From Felis catus (Eukaryota): DNA of 64,000 nt. Where the stretch lies: contig NC_058368.1 of the NCBI RefSeq assembly GCF_018350175.1, forward strand, positions 126,606,001 to 126,670,000, read 5' to 3'. Position numbers and translations under genes: made by a program. Positions 13,595 through 24,664 of the stretch are shown here, piece after piece; position 1 is the stretch's first letter; each line of letters opens with the position of its first letter. The notes below the pieces were generated by a model. It worked only from the letters and a program-made list of their open reading frames with translations. It did not search any database and was not told the origin of the DNA.

Positions 13595-14790
13595 GGAATA
13601 TTTCAGTCTTATAGATAAGTTGCAAATATAAAAAACAGTACAAAGAACACCTGTATAACTTTTACCCAGAATTAATTACTTGTCAACATTTTACATAGTT
13701 ATCTATGTGACTTGCGGGCACTCTTTCTCTATGACTCTTCCTCTCCATATAGATTATATACATATTATTTTTTTTTTTCTGAAGGAATTGATGGTAAGGC
13801 ACAAACATCATGGCTCTTTACCCCAGACTTTAGTATACGTTTCCTGAGAATGTGGATATTCTCAAGCCTTTTTCTTTTTTTAATTTTTTCTCAATGTTTA
13901 TTTTTGAGAGACAGAGAGTGAGCAGGGGAGAGGCAGAGAGAGAGGGAGACACAGAATCCAAAGCAGGCTCCAGTATCCAAGCTGTCAGCACAGAGAGCAC
14001 AGAGCCCAGTGCGGGGCTTGAACTCAAAAACTGTGAGATCATGACCTGGGCCAAGGTCGGACGCTTAACCAGCGGCGCCACCCAGGCGCCTGTGGATATT
14101 CTCTTACCTAGCAATAGTAGATTATTTTCAATGTTGATACAATCCTCTAATCTACCTTTTATATCTCAGTTTTATCAACTGATCCACTAATGTGCTTTAT
14201 AGCATTGCCCCCTTCCTTATAGCATCTAGTCTATGGTCCGGCATGGCATTTAGTTGGCATGTTTATTTAGCCTCTTTTGACGTGGAGTATTTCTGCGGCC
14301 TTTTTTCGTCTTTTCTAACATTGATACTTCAGAAATGTAGAATATCACCTTCCCCCACACACCTTTTAAGGTAGAACATTTCCCATTGGGATTTGTCTGA
14401 TAGTTATTTGTGGTCAGCATCAGGTCATGCATTCTCAGTAGGAATATCGCATGGGTGATATTGTGTCTTTCTCTGTGTATCACATCTGGAGGTGCGCAAA
14501 GTCCATCTGTCCCTCATTGATGATGTTAGCTTTAATCATCCAGTCAAGTGGTTTCTGATTTTTCCACTAGGTAATTACTGTTTAATTTTCTCTCCTATAA
14601 CTAATAAGCAGTCTGTGGGGAGACACTTTAAAACCATGCTAATAGCTAGTTCCTCATCAAGATTTCCCTCTAGTCTTAGCATCCATTGGTGACTCTTGCC
14701 TAATCCAATTTTTAATAAAATGGTGACAACATTATGATTTTCCAATTTCAGCACTCCCTCCACATCTGCCAGCAGCCCTTGACCTTCCAC
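13595..14790 (-). mobile_element. Ancient L1M (L1MC/ME-type) 3' region interrupted by a CanSINE
   Basis: aagttgcaaat..agtacaaagaacacctgtataacttttacccaga and downstream 3'UTR-like blocks. Confidence 0.65.
13864..14090 (-). mobile_element. CanSINE
   Basis: Perfect TSD TGTGGATATTCTC at 13851-13863 and 14091-14103; internal AGCACAGAG duplication. Confidence 0.96.
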
Positions 14791-14869
14791 TTTAAGCTAC
14801 TTTAAACAAAGGTCTTCCGTTTATTTATTTGCTTACCTTTTTATCATTAGCACAGACCTGTAAGTTTCT

Positions 14870-15109
14870 TTTTTTTTAAGTTTTATGTATTTATGTATGT
14901 ATGTATGTATGTATGTATGTATGTATTTTGAGAAAGAGAGAGAGAGTAGGGGAGGAGCAGAGAGAGAAGGAGAGAGAGGATCCCAAGCAGGTTCTGCACT
15001 GTCAGCACAGAGCCTGATGAGGGGCTCAAACTTACGAACCATGAGATAGATCCTGACCTGAGCCAAGATCAAGTCAGATGTTTAACCATCTGAGCCACCC
15101 AGGTGCCCC
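14870..15109 (-). mobile_element. CanSINE with (TATG)n tail
   Basis: SINEC body; TSD GTAAGTTTCT / GTAAATTTCT. Confidence 0.93.
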
Positions 15110-15149
15110 AGTAAATTTCTAATTTTGGTTTATAACTTGAAATACAATT

Positions 15150-16260
15150 GTAATTGAATAGTTTACTGCCTACAGTAAGCCAGGCCCTGTAATCCATTCT
15201 GGGGACACCACTGTGAACCAAACAGATAGATATATATGCAGACATGTTTTTTCTGTACTTATGTACAGATGTCTGAAGACAGCTATAAGCTAGAAGAGCA
15301 TTTTTTATCAACCACCTGTGTTGAGAACTATCCTATGAAGTGAGGGTATAGGCTAGATCTCTACCCTCAGGGAGTTTACAGTGAAAAGGGGGAAGAAGTC
15401 AACCAGAAAGTAAAGTTTGGATAAGTAAGTGGTCAAAAGAATTGCAGGTTTCAAGAAGTGCCATGAGAGAAAGAGAAAACAGGAGTTAAGATAGAAGATG
15501 ATTACCGAGGGACCATGGAGGCCAGCCATTATTAAAAGAAATCTGGGATGATGGCTTCATCATGATCTCTCATGAATGTTTGAGTGGTGCTTCCCTGGGT
15601 GGATGTTCAGTGAAGTTTTTTTTTCTTTTTTTTTTTTTTTGGTACTTTTCCATGACCCTCCAGCTTGTTTGCAGCAGCCTCCCGAGTAGGAACAGAGCAA
15701 ATCCTTGCTGTTGCCTGTTTCATGGGTCCAGCCTGTACATTTGATCTTTATAAACTAGTGACGACATGCCAATAACTTGTACATCAGGACACAAATGATA
15801 AAACAGCCATGCCAAGACAGATTATATTAAATACTGCATCCTTCAAATAGTCTACAGATACTTAATAATGCACTGTGTGCCCAGACATGGGAAACAATGG
15901 TGGACAAGATAGACATTTTGTCTGGGCTCCCCTTCTCACTGGGGTATGAATTTCAGTGAAGGAGACAAACACATAGGTAGGCAAGGCAGCTGACAAACAT
16001 AAGCACAGTAGTAAGTACAGGGTCTTAAGGGAGGTTAGACAAGGATTCTAACCCAGACACGGTGGGGGTGAGGCGGGTGGACGGAAAAGGGTTTCTAGAG
16101 GAAGGGACGCTGATACTTTTTAAAGAATGGTGCACGTCATCCAGAGACTAAAGCTTTTTCCTGCATCCAGGTGGCGGAAACAGCATGTGCAACATCACAA
16201 AACAACATCCCCACTACATCCCTAGTGTGTGGCACATAGTTGACACTCAGTGGGAGCAAT
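15150..16260 (-). mobile_element. Cluster of decayed L2 fragments
   Basis: Typical L2 antisense blocks: cactgtgtgcccagacatggg..tggacaagatagac; ccctcagggagtttacagt; tttctagaggaagg..aacagcatgtgcaa. Confidence 0.55.
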
Positions 16261-17082
16261 TTTGCAAAGAGCAAGTGGGGACAAGCATAAGGGATATTTC
16301 ATCCTCAGAAGACAAGAGAACCTTGATAACATTCAACATAAAATTATTCATAGTATTTATCGTATAAGATTCCACTTTCTGTACTATCAACTTTACAGCC
16401 ACACTATACCTTTAATTACATATTGAAGAGGACAGTCGGAAAGTTTTATTAGAGTCTGTTGGTATTAAAATATTTTTGCTGATGCCTTTAAATAGATGAC
16501 TTGTAGAACATATTATTAACACCTAGAAGAACTGGCTTCCCTCACTCATTTAATTTTTCCAATTAACTGAAAGCCAGGTTGACTTGGCTTTGGTTCAGTC
16601 TTGTGGTCAAAATTTAGCATCATGGTACTGATTAATTAGTGATGAGTCATTTACCTTATAAGAGCAGAAAGTACATGATGGCAAATTTAGAGGATGAAAA
16701 TTAGGCCACAGAGGAGCAATGCACACGAATCTGCTCTTTGTTATTAGAAATGTCACTACCAGAGTGGAACTTGCAGAGGCAGAAAAGGGAATCCAAGTCA
16801 AGCGTTTTTTTCCTTTTCTGTCTCTCTGACCTAGATAAGAGACCTTATCCTGTCCTGACTCCCAGCCCCTCCAATCCTTACTGGAGACCCTCCCACATTT
16901 TCATTCGCTCAAATGTGATGAGTGTGTGAGCCAGTAAATGGCAGCATAATGAACAAGATAAATGTGCAATGAATTTATGAGTCAATAGGATTTTGGTGCC
17001 TATTTGTATAAAAAATTTAGCCCGTTACTTTTGTCTGCCATGACCGTATGGAAAAGTCATGAAAGTTCTGGAAATATAAGCT

Positions 17083-17251
17083 CATGGTATAACATAGAGA
17101 TTGAGAGTATGAGTTCTGAAACTGGGTTCAGTTTTCAGAGCCACTACTTAATACTTTGCATCAGATTCCTCACTGTAGAATGAGAATTTAAGGAGTACCG
17201 ATACCACTTGTTGTTGTGAGTATTAAATGAATTAATGTATGTAAAGCACTT
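17083..17251 (+). mobile_element. MIR
   Basis: MIR core and 3' end: cagattcctcactgtagaatgag..ttgttgtgagtattaaatgaattaatgtatgtaaagcactt. Confidence 0.8.
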
Positions 17252-17753
17252 GTAGTGATTCACTCCAAGGATGCTCTCTAAGCCTGCTTTAAGTATTATG
17301 ATTCTCAAGAATGGGATCACCAAAAACCTAGACTAAACTGAATGTTTCTCCCTGTTAAGATGTGAGCGATTATTAATAACGAAGCAATTTGCCTGTTATC
17401 TGGTGTTTAGGACCTAGGTAGGATATCTTATGTAATCAGTTAATATTTGCTGATAAAAACAAGAAATATCTATTATTGAGGAAGTATTTTTGAGAGCCCA
17501 CCATGGACACATGTGTGTGGTAGATGCTTGGTGCACTTAAAAACAACTTGATTTCTGCCCTTGGGGAGCTTCCAGTCTAATTAATGGATACATGGCATGG
17601 ACACGTGTCCGAAAACATCAGGGCAGCAAGTCAAACAATTACCACCATAGGCATTGGAGGCTGTCAGTTAGATAGACTCCCAGTTAGATGGGAGTATTGC
17701 TTACACATCTTAACTTTCCAAAGACAGTATTCATGCATTAAAAAAGCAGTTTA

Positions 17754-17960
17754 GGGGTGCCTGGGTGATTCAGTCAGTTAAATGTCCAACTCTTGATTTC
17801 AGCTCAGGTCATGATCTCACGGTTCATGGGTTTGAGCCCTGCATCAGGCTTTGTGCTGACAGTGCAGAGCTTGCTTGGGATTCAGTCTCCCTCTCTCTCT
17901 CTGCCCCTCCCCTGCTCACATACTCTGTCCCTCTTTCAAAATAAGTACACTTAAAAAAAT
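17754..17960 (+). mobile_element. CanSINE
   Basis: Full SINEC head, (CT)n and tail. Confidence 0.94.
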
Positions 17961-18041
17961 GTTTTTATAACAACAAATTATATGAGCTTATCTCTCTTAC
18001 CACCCCTATTTCTGTCTTTTTCTCTCTTTTTTCTGTCTTTG

Positions 18042-18044
<3 letters not shown>

Positions 18045-18083
<39 letters not shown>
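18045..18083. repeat. (CA)n microsatellite
   Basis: Perfect CA run. Confidence 0.95.
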
Positions 18084-18087
<4 letters not shown>

Positions 18088-18693
18088 CAAGAATACATTT
18101 GTAAGGACATATACCAAACTGCTATCTGTGGACATGTCTGACAAAGGGATTGGGGCTAGGAATGGAGGCTACTTAGCACTTTTAAAAAATTCCTTATCCC
18201 TTAAAACACTCAATTTATCTTACATTAATGACTTTTAACCTGATAATTATATATAATTACATTATATTATATAATTGTATTGTTCTCTCAATATAACTGA
18301 AAATTATGCATTAATTAATGTATGCATTTGCAATACCCATAAATACTTTTGAATTTCATTTTGAAGTAATAAATACATTAAACCCATATGTTATTTGCTC
18401 TAAAAAGAAATAAGTTAACTTCAGGATCTTGTTGATGTAAGAATTTAGACTGTTTCCAAGGTAACCAACCAGATCTCTAGAAACCTTAGCCAAGCTTATA
18501 CCTCTTTCTTCATTTTGAGGGCTTGGCTTTTTTCATTTTCTTGTGGAAACCTTGAACTTATACACATGCACACACACACACACACACACAACACCACAAA
18601 CACACCTGACTATACTTACTTTCCATCAAGGACAAAAGGTACAACAAAACTCAATATATGATTATTGATCTTAAATCCATTTAATTCAGTTAT

Positions 18694-18854
18694 TTTATTA
18701 TATTTTTGTCTTTATACTGTAAACTGTAAATGATGACAACCAAATGTTCTGTGATCATTTATAGAGAAATGGTACTAATTTTGTATGAATTCCCAGGTAA
18801 CTGCTCTTCAGTTTGTGATCTTTCTTCTTGTTTTGTTCTTCTTCAGCATAACCA
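18694..18854 (-). pseudogene. Candidate terminal exon with poly(A) signal
   Basis: Acceptor ttcttggtttttag|TGG. Reads GYAEEEQNKKKDHKLKSSYLGIHTKLVPFLYK*; minus-strand AATAAA at 18694-18699. Confidence 0.4.
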
Positions 18855-18921
18855 CTAAAAACCAAGAATATGCCAATAATGTTTAATAAAATAATATTAT
18901 TTTGTTGTTTAATTCTCTATG

Positions 18922-19412
18922 CCAGCATCATCCAAGAAAAATAGAATGTTAGCCACAGATGTAACTTTTAATTCCCTCGTAGCCACATTTAAGTAACAAA
19001 AAGAAGTGGGTAAAATTAATTTTTGAAAGTACTTAAAATTTTTTTTAATGTTTATTTATTTTTGAGAGACAGAGTGTGAACAGGGGAGGGGCAGAGAGAG
19101 AGAAAGAGAGAGAGAGAGAGACACAGAATCTGAAGCAGGCTCCAGGCTCAGCCCAATGAGGAGCTCAAACCCACATATTCAGAGATCATGACCTGAGCTG
19201 AAGTCAGACCTTTAACTGACTAAGCCACCCGGCACCCCTTAAAAGTACTTTTTAGCCAAATGTATCTAAAATATTACTATTTCAATCTATAATCAACATA
19301 AAAGATTATTGATGAGATATTTTTCATTTCTTGTCCTCTTTTCTAGTGTGTTGTGTATACCATATGTACAGGAAATCTCAATTTGCAGTAGCCACAGTGC
19401 AATGGCAGAGAC
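18922..19412 (+). mobile_element. MER33-like hAT-Charlie MITE split by a CanSINE
   Basis: cagcatcatccaagaaaaatagaatgttagccaca..gtagccacatttaa..gatgagatatttt..ctcaatttgcagtagccaca. Confidence 0.8.
19036..19238 (-). mobile_element. CanSINE
   Basis: SINEC body; TSD AAAGTACTT. Confidence 0.93.
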
Positions 19413-19454
19413 CTCTATGATGGTTGTCACTTCCTTAAAACTGTTATTATATCA

Positions 19455-19590
19455 GCATGCCTGGGTGTCTCATGTGGTTAAGCATTTGACTTTTGATCCC
19501 AGCTCATGTCTTTATGTTGGGGTCATGAGTTCAAGCCCCATGTTGGCTCTGTGCTGCCCATGAAGCCTACTTAAAAAAAAACAATAAAAA
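19455..19590 (+). mobile_element. Short, older CanSINE
   Basis: gcctgggtgtctcatgtggttaagcatttgact..gagttcaagcccc..gcctacttaaaaaaaa; lacks the CT tract. Confidence 0.8.
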
Positions 19591-19730
19591 CTTCTGATTT
19601 TACCCCTGGGATATTTAAAGACATATTTTGCAGGATTTTCTTTCTTTCTTGAAATTTAGTTCATAAACAACATGTCCAATTGCCTTCTGTAATGGAAAAT
19701 ATTTTATTTCCACTTTTCATGAGTATTTAC

Positions 19731-19803
19731 CCTTTGGTGAGTTTTCCCTACCAATAGCTAGCCTTCTGAAGAGATCACAATATAAATATTTCTTCCTTAG
19801 TAT
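19731..19803 (-). pseudogene. Candidate C-terminal-tail pseudo-exon
   Basis: Boundaries ccttttaacag|ATA...AAGG|gtaaat. Reads (Y)TKEEIFIL*SLQKASYW*GKLTK. Confidence 0.35.
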
Positions 19804-20095
19804 CTGTTAAAAGGCCATTTTCAGAAAAATGTAAAGCCATTTCTCTCATACAGATATAAAATGAATACATATTGCAAAACCTATTTTATTGATATAGTAT
19901 GATGGAAACAGGTAGATGTTATAACTGCTTCAAAGAAAAAGTCAAAAATAAAATTTATATGCAGTACAGCCATGTTGAGATGAGTTGCAAATGGAGACAA
20001 AACTTTTTTTTTTTTTTCCAAAAGAGGGAAGAAGTCAATTAAATCACTACCAGGTAGGACAGAACTTACACATTTATCAGTTATTTACAACTTAC

Positions 20096-20160
20096 AAAGA
20101 GTTTTAAAACAGCTCAAAGATGGTGAATACATCTAGAATCTGATAACCCAAAATGGTATG
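20096..20160 (-). pseudogene. Candidate C-terminal-tail pseudo-exon of the TRPP-like gene
   Basis: Boundaries tcatctatag|CAT...CTTT|gtaagt (strong donor). All three frames contain stops and no family motif is visible. Confidence 0.45.
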
Positions 20161-20379
20161 CTATAGATGATGCAGTTATCCATGAAAACACAAAAGGTGT
20201 TTTACGTGTTGAAGTAATAAATCTTATTTTACTTTTATTGATTATATTTTGTTGAGATACGGATATAACATATTATGAATATACAGAATATATCTCTAAT
20301 GACTGGAACCTGTCAGCATTTATTAAACTTTATGTCTGTTTACACACCTACTATTAAAATAGTATTTTATTGAATTATT

Positions 20380-20588
20380 ATTATTATTTTAAGTTTATTT
20401 TGAGAGAGAGAGAGAGAGAGAGGAGAGAATCAGTGGGGGAGGGGTAGACAGAGATGGGGACAGAGGATCTGAAGCGGGCTCTGTGCTGACAGCAGAGAGC
20501 CCAATGCAGGGCTGGAACTCACAAAACTGTGAGATCATGACCTGAGCTGAAGTTGGACGCTTAACCTGCTGAGTCACCCAGGTGCCCC
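20380..20588 (-). mobile_element. CanSINE
   Basis: SINEC body; TSD TTGAATTATT. Confidence 0.94.
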
Positions 20589-20724
20589 TTGAATTATTTT
20601 TATTTGAAGTTCTAAGTGCCTTAAAACTGGTATATCTACCTATGATTTTCCATTGTAATGGGAAACTAGGATAATTTTTAAAAATTAAACGTATTAATTT
20701 ACCTCATTTTGTCTTTAGACTTAC

Positions 20725-21140
20725 TAGTTGCTTCTAAAAATTTTTTCATTTTAGATGATTAAAAGTTGCTATTTTAAATTAGTTGAGATTAGCTTCATCT
20801 ATGGAACATCTTGAGTAAAGGGGGGCAGTGGATAACCAGGAGAAAGATATAAAAATCATAAACCCAGAGAACCCACATTATAAAATATTATAACTAAAAT
20901 GTATCTCTATTGGATCTGATAATCCATTCAAAGCCACCTAAGCATCAAGTCCCAGCTCTGCCCCCAAATTATACAGTAACGTTAGGAAAGTCAGAGAGAT
21001 TATACTTCATTTTGCTCATTGATAAAACAAGGAATGGCATTAGATGTTTGCTAAACCTCTTTCCACCAATACAATTCTTTGCAAGATAGATCTCCAAAAG
21101 TGTATTTTCACCTGGACCCCCCACCTGCACCCCATAGACA
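20725..21140 (-). pseudogene. TRPP-like pseudo-exon: S4-S5-pore-S6
   Basis: Boundaries tttccctctgtttcag|TGT...ACTA|gtaagt. Segments KRFSKHLMPFLVL...V*FG(fs)AEL...HFSYNIL / NVGSLG / FMIFISF / LLKMF (20804-20818) / IDEAN; compare PKD2 SRCAKDLFGFAIM...LVFGTQV...[21 protein letters not shown]...LLNMFLAIINDTY. Confidence 0.75.
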
Positions 21141-21582
21141 CTGAAACAGAGGGAAACATCAGAAGGTCCCACCGAGAAACCAGTCTTCCTGCCCTCCTAG
21201 TGATGTCACCCAACACATATTATAAGAATTTTCAGGTTCTCACAAAGGAACAGATGACCAACCTTCTTACACATTCTAGGGACTTACCACTCTCTTTCCA
21301 CTCCCACCAAAGAGGAAGTTGCCACCTCCCTGGTTTGCCACACCAGGCAATTTGTTTTCCCCACAACTCAGAAAAGAAGAGCACAGCGATTTAGAGAAGA
21401 AAGGCATTTGGTTTTCTTTAGCAAAGGCACTACAGATATGCTAATACAGAGAGAAATGGCTGGTGGCACCCTAATAGGACACCTGGAAGTCCCTTATAGG
21501 AGCAGGTGGCAGTAGTGGAAGAGCAATGAATTGCAAGTCAAGACTGTCATGATCAGCGCCCAGCTCCACTGTTGACTCTTAC

Positions 21583-21664
21583 TTATCCTTGTGAAGCCTC
21601 TCTCTGGTTGCCCCAAAGGGGTCATGTCCCTCTGATGGGGTGAGATTTTATCCTTAATTATTTC
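21583..21664 (-). pseudogene. TRPP-like pseudo-exon: S3-S4 linker
   Basis: Boundaries tttatcttacttttaaag|GAA...ATAA|gtaaga. Single open frame EIIKDKISPHQRDMTPLGQPERGFTRI; compare PKD2 ...NFEHLAYWQIQFNNI. Confidence 0.65.
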
Positions 21665-22218
21665 CTTTAAAAGTAAGATAAAAACCAGTGGGGTAACATT
21701 AAAATAAACCAGATTTGGGGGGGCATATATCAAGCTTTAGAATTTCATTGTAGAATTCAACCCATAATTCTTTTCTGTAAGGCTACAGAAACAGGGTCAA
21801 ACTTCAGAGAGGAGAACAATTGCCTTTCATTCTCCCTCAACCTGAGGACAAAGAATCTCCCCCCCATGTAAGTTTAAAAGGACTAACACCCTGAAGATGT
21901 TTCTGACCCTAGTTTCCATCCATGTGGCCGTGATCTGGGCCCGTAGGTTGTAATGCAGGACAATATGCTCAGCTGCACCCTGGCATTTAGAAAGCACAGC
22001 TGCTCTGTGTGGGTGGAGGCTTGTGCTGGAGGCAAGGAACCAAGCAGGGTCCTTGTTCACTTCCTGGCCTGTGTGGGAGACGACTCTGCAGGTGGTACCC
22101 CCCAGGACTTGTTTTCTCCATAGTGCTAGTTCTCACTCACTGAGAGACATCACTGCCAGCCCAGGAGACTTTTTTTTTTTTTCAGAGTATTAATTGTTCA
22201 CTGCTCTTTTGCCATGCC

Positions 22219-22333
22219 TACAAAAGGGTGTGGTATACATGAAGCCATTTTCCATTAAAGAGATTATTAAAGCGGTACCTAGAATATTCTTTACCATTCA
22301 GTGTGTTAGAGAGTTGCTTGTATTAGGAAGATC
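22219..22333 (-). pseudogene. TRPP-like pseudo-exon: S3 helix
   Basis: Acceptor ctcctttacctctgag|GAT, phase 0, matching the preceding exon. Reads DLPNTSNSLTH*MVKNILGTALIISLMENGFMYTTPFC; compare PKD2 [22 protein letters not shown]. Confidence 0.55.
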
Positions 22334-22429
22334 CTCAGAGGTAAAGGAGCATAAACTTCCAGTTATAAATGAGTGTATAACTTGGTTTGTCCATTTTGGT
22401 AGTACTGGTTTCATCCTACTATTCCCCTG

Positions 22430-22655
22430 TTTTCTTGTTGTTGTTTTTTTTAAGTTTATTTATTTCTTTATTTTGAGAGAGAGAGACAGAGCAAGCAGGA
22501 GAGGGGCAGAGCGAGAGGGAGAGAGAACATCCCAAGCAGGCTCCGTGCCATCAGTGTGGAGCCCCGCCCAGGGCTTGAACTCACAAACTGCAAGATCATG
22601 ACCTGAGCCAAAACCAAGAGTCAGACACTTAACCAACCGAGCCACCCAGGTGCCC
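22430..22655 (-). mobile_element. CanSINE in the intron between the S2 and S3 pseudo-exons
   Basis: SINEC body and tail. Confidence 0.94.
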
Positions 22656-22694
22656 CTGTTCACCTTGGTTTTAAGAAAATCTGCCACCAATTAC

Positions 22695-22943
22695 CTGGGA
22701 CATTTGTACTATCTTTCTCCCATTTCTGGAATAAATGTCTTATATTTGGGGCTATTAGTTTGGAGGCTTTCAAGGTAAAATATTTCCATGGGATGATTTT
22801 ATCAACCACTTTTCTTTTCAGTAATATTCCTTTCTATTATGTATTATGATCTTTATCCTAACACAAAGAAGCATTAAGAAGAATATTGGCCTTAGGGGTC
22901 CATTTTTGCCATGCATATCATAGTTCTTATTTTTAAGCAATTC
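22695..22943 (-). pseudogene. TRPP-like pseudo-exon: S2 helix and S2-S3 loop
   Basis: 249 nt, phase 0-0, donor CAG|gtaatt. Reads ELLKNKNYDMHGKNGPLRPIFFLMLLCVRIKIIIHNRKEYY*; compare PKD2 KLIRY...[27 protein letters not shown]. Confidence 0.6.
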
Positions 22944-23029
22944 CTTTTTTTGAAAAAAAACACATATTTTTGATACATTTTGAAATTCAATTGACTTTTT
23001 TTTTTAAACTGCCAACAAAACCAACTAAA

Positions 23030-23148
23030 AAGATGGAACACTTTTGGAAAAAGGAGAAGTAGGAGAAGGAAGAGGAAGAGAGAATCTGATTTAAAAACTA
23101 AGGATCGTGCACTGTTTGGAAAAAGGAAGGTTGATGACAAATAGACTG
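23030..23148 (-). pseudogene. TRPP-like pseudo-exon: last TOP-domain strands
   Basis: Acceptor aatgttag|CAGTC. Reads AVYLSSTFLFPNSARSLVFK (also within supplied ORF 22892..23155); compare polycystin AVFVEFTLYNPNxNLFCVVR. The donor is decayed and its position approximate. Confidence 0.5.
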
Positions 23149-23369
23149 CTAACATTGTAGCTTCAGTAGGCCAGGCCCTTCTGCTCCTAAGGTGCCGACA
23201 GGCCCAGAGTCCAGCCTGCCTTTGGAGGCCTGGACCTATTAAACTCTCCCTGGCGTGGCTTTTTCCATTTTCACCTTGCTCAGCTCACATTCTCCTCTGA
23301 CTTGCTTTCCCGTAGATCAGAGAAGAAATGATTATGTAATAGGTCCCTACCACTAGGCTCATCTTTCTT

Positions 23370-23720
23370 TCCTTTTTTTAAATTGTGTCGCTTCTTTACA
23401 AAGATAGTACTTACTCATTCTGGAAAATGTTGGTAATGTGCCACGTCGAAAGAAGAAAGCACAGGTACTTGTAATCTCACCACCATCAATATTTCTTAAA
23501 GAAACTTTTATGCTTCTCTTTATATACAGATACATAATTTGACTTGAGTGTCATACTACTTGACACGTTATTTTGTAACCGTATATTTTGATTTAAACAT
23601 GTATTGTGGAGTTACTTCCATTTCACTCTAGGCCTGCATCATCCTTTTGATAGCCATAAACAGTTCCACTGTGTGGGCACATCCTCTAACATTTACCTAA
23701 TTGGCCATTGATTGATGAAC
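23370..23720 (-). mobile_element. L1ME-type 3' fragment
   Basis: tactcattctggaaaatgttgg..gtaatctcaccacc..ttttgtaacc..cattgattgatgaacat. Confidence 0.5.
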
Positions 23721-24664
23721 ATGATATCAAAAGATAGGACTGAAATAAAGTCCTAAAATAAAACCATAGGTCCCAGGCGAGAGTCCAGACACAAAGCTGC
23801 CTTGTAGTATCAGATACAAATATGAGACGATTAATGCTCAATCCAAGTCAGCAAATGACCAACTGAAGAGGTGGAAATCCAGAGATTCTGGCATTTCTGG
23901 AAGAAAGAGTAGATGATCATAAATATTATAGTGAGACTGCAACGTGAATCAGGTGTTACTGGTCGGGTTCAGAGTCTAGAAAGTAGGCATAGCTCAGCTC
24001 CGAGCCTGCAGACTTGGTTAAGGGCTTGGTGCAGAGGTCCAAATGCAGTAAGACATAGCTGTTAGGAAACACACACTAACACAGGCTCAGATGTACCTGC
24101 TGATAGACTGAAGGCCATGGCAGCCAGGAGACACAGGCAGGAGCTGATTCCAAACATCAGGTGAGGGGCCCAGACATAGTGGGGTCTGAGGAAGAGGTAG
24201 GGAATAGACTTCAGGCAACTGAGGACCACATCTCTGAATCTGAAGCATGAATGTAGGCCCCCAAAACCATACAGTGTGAGAAGCGACCTAGGACAGGAGC
24301 AATCGCACCTCTGCCCTAGAAATTCCTCACCCTCAGGGAGGTGAGGGTCAGTAATGTGCTCTGGCTGTCAGTGAAAGGTGGGGTCTCCTGGTGCTGCTAA
24401 CTCATGAGAGAGCAGAGTTATCTGTGGTGTGTCTTCACTGATCTCACAATAGGCCAACACTTTTGTAAAGGGGGTATGCAGTTTTACAGTGAACTGGAGG
24501 AGTTCAGGCTGCCAGACCTCAGAAATGAGGCCAAAATAATTCACTTGATAATGCTCAGCTCTGAAAGGTGGGCTGAGATGTTGCCAGGCAGTCTAGCTTT
24601 GTTCCATTATATAGTTTTGGCAGGCACCCAGCCAGCAGATCCTTAGCTTTATTCTAGACATTTG

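Noticed and set aside
20725..20937. Alternative reading as the TOP-domain 'WIDRST' exon (GFEWIIRSNRDTF) using the AG near 20938
   Set aside because: The longer exon from 21140 has a much stronger acceptor and matches S5-pore-S6, and TOP-domain motifs are found upstream in the expected order.
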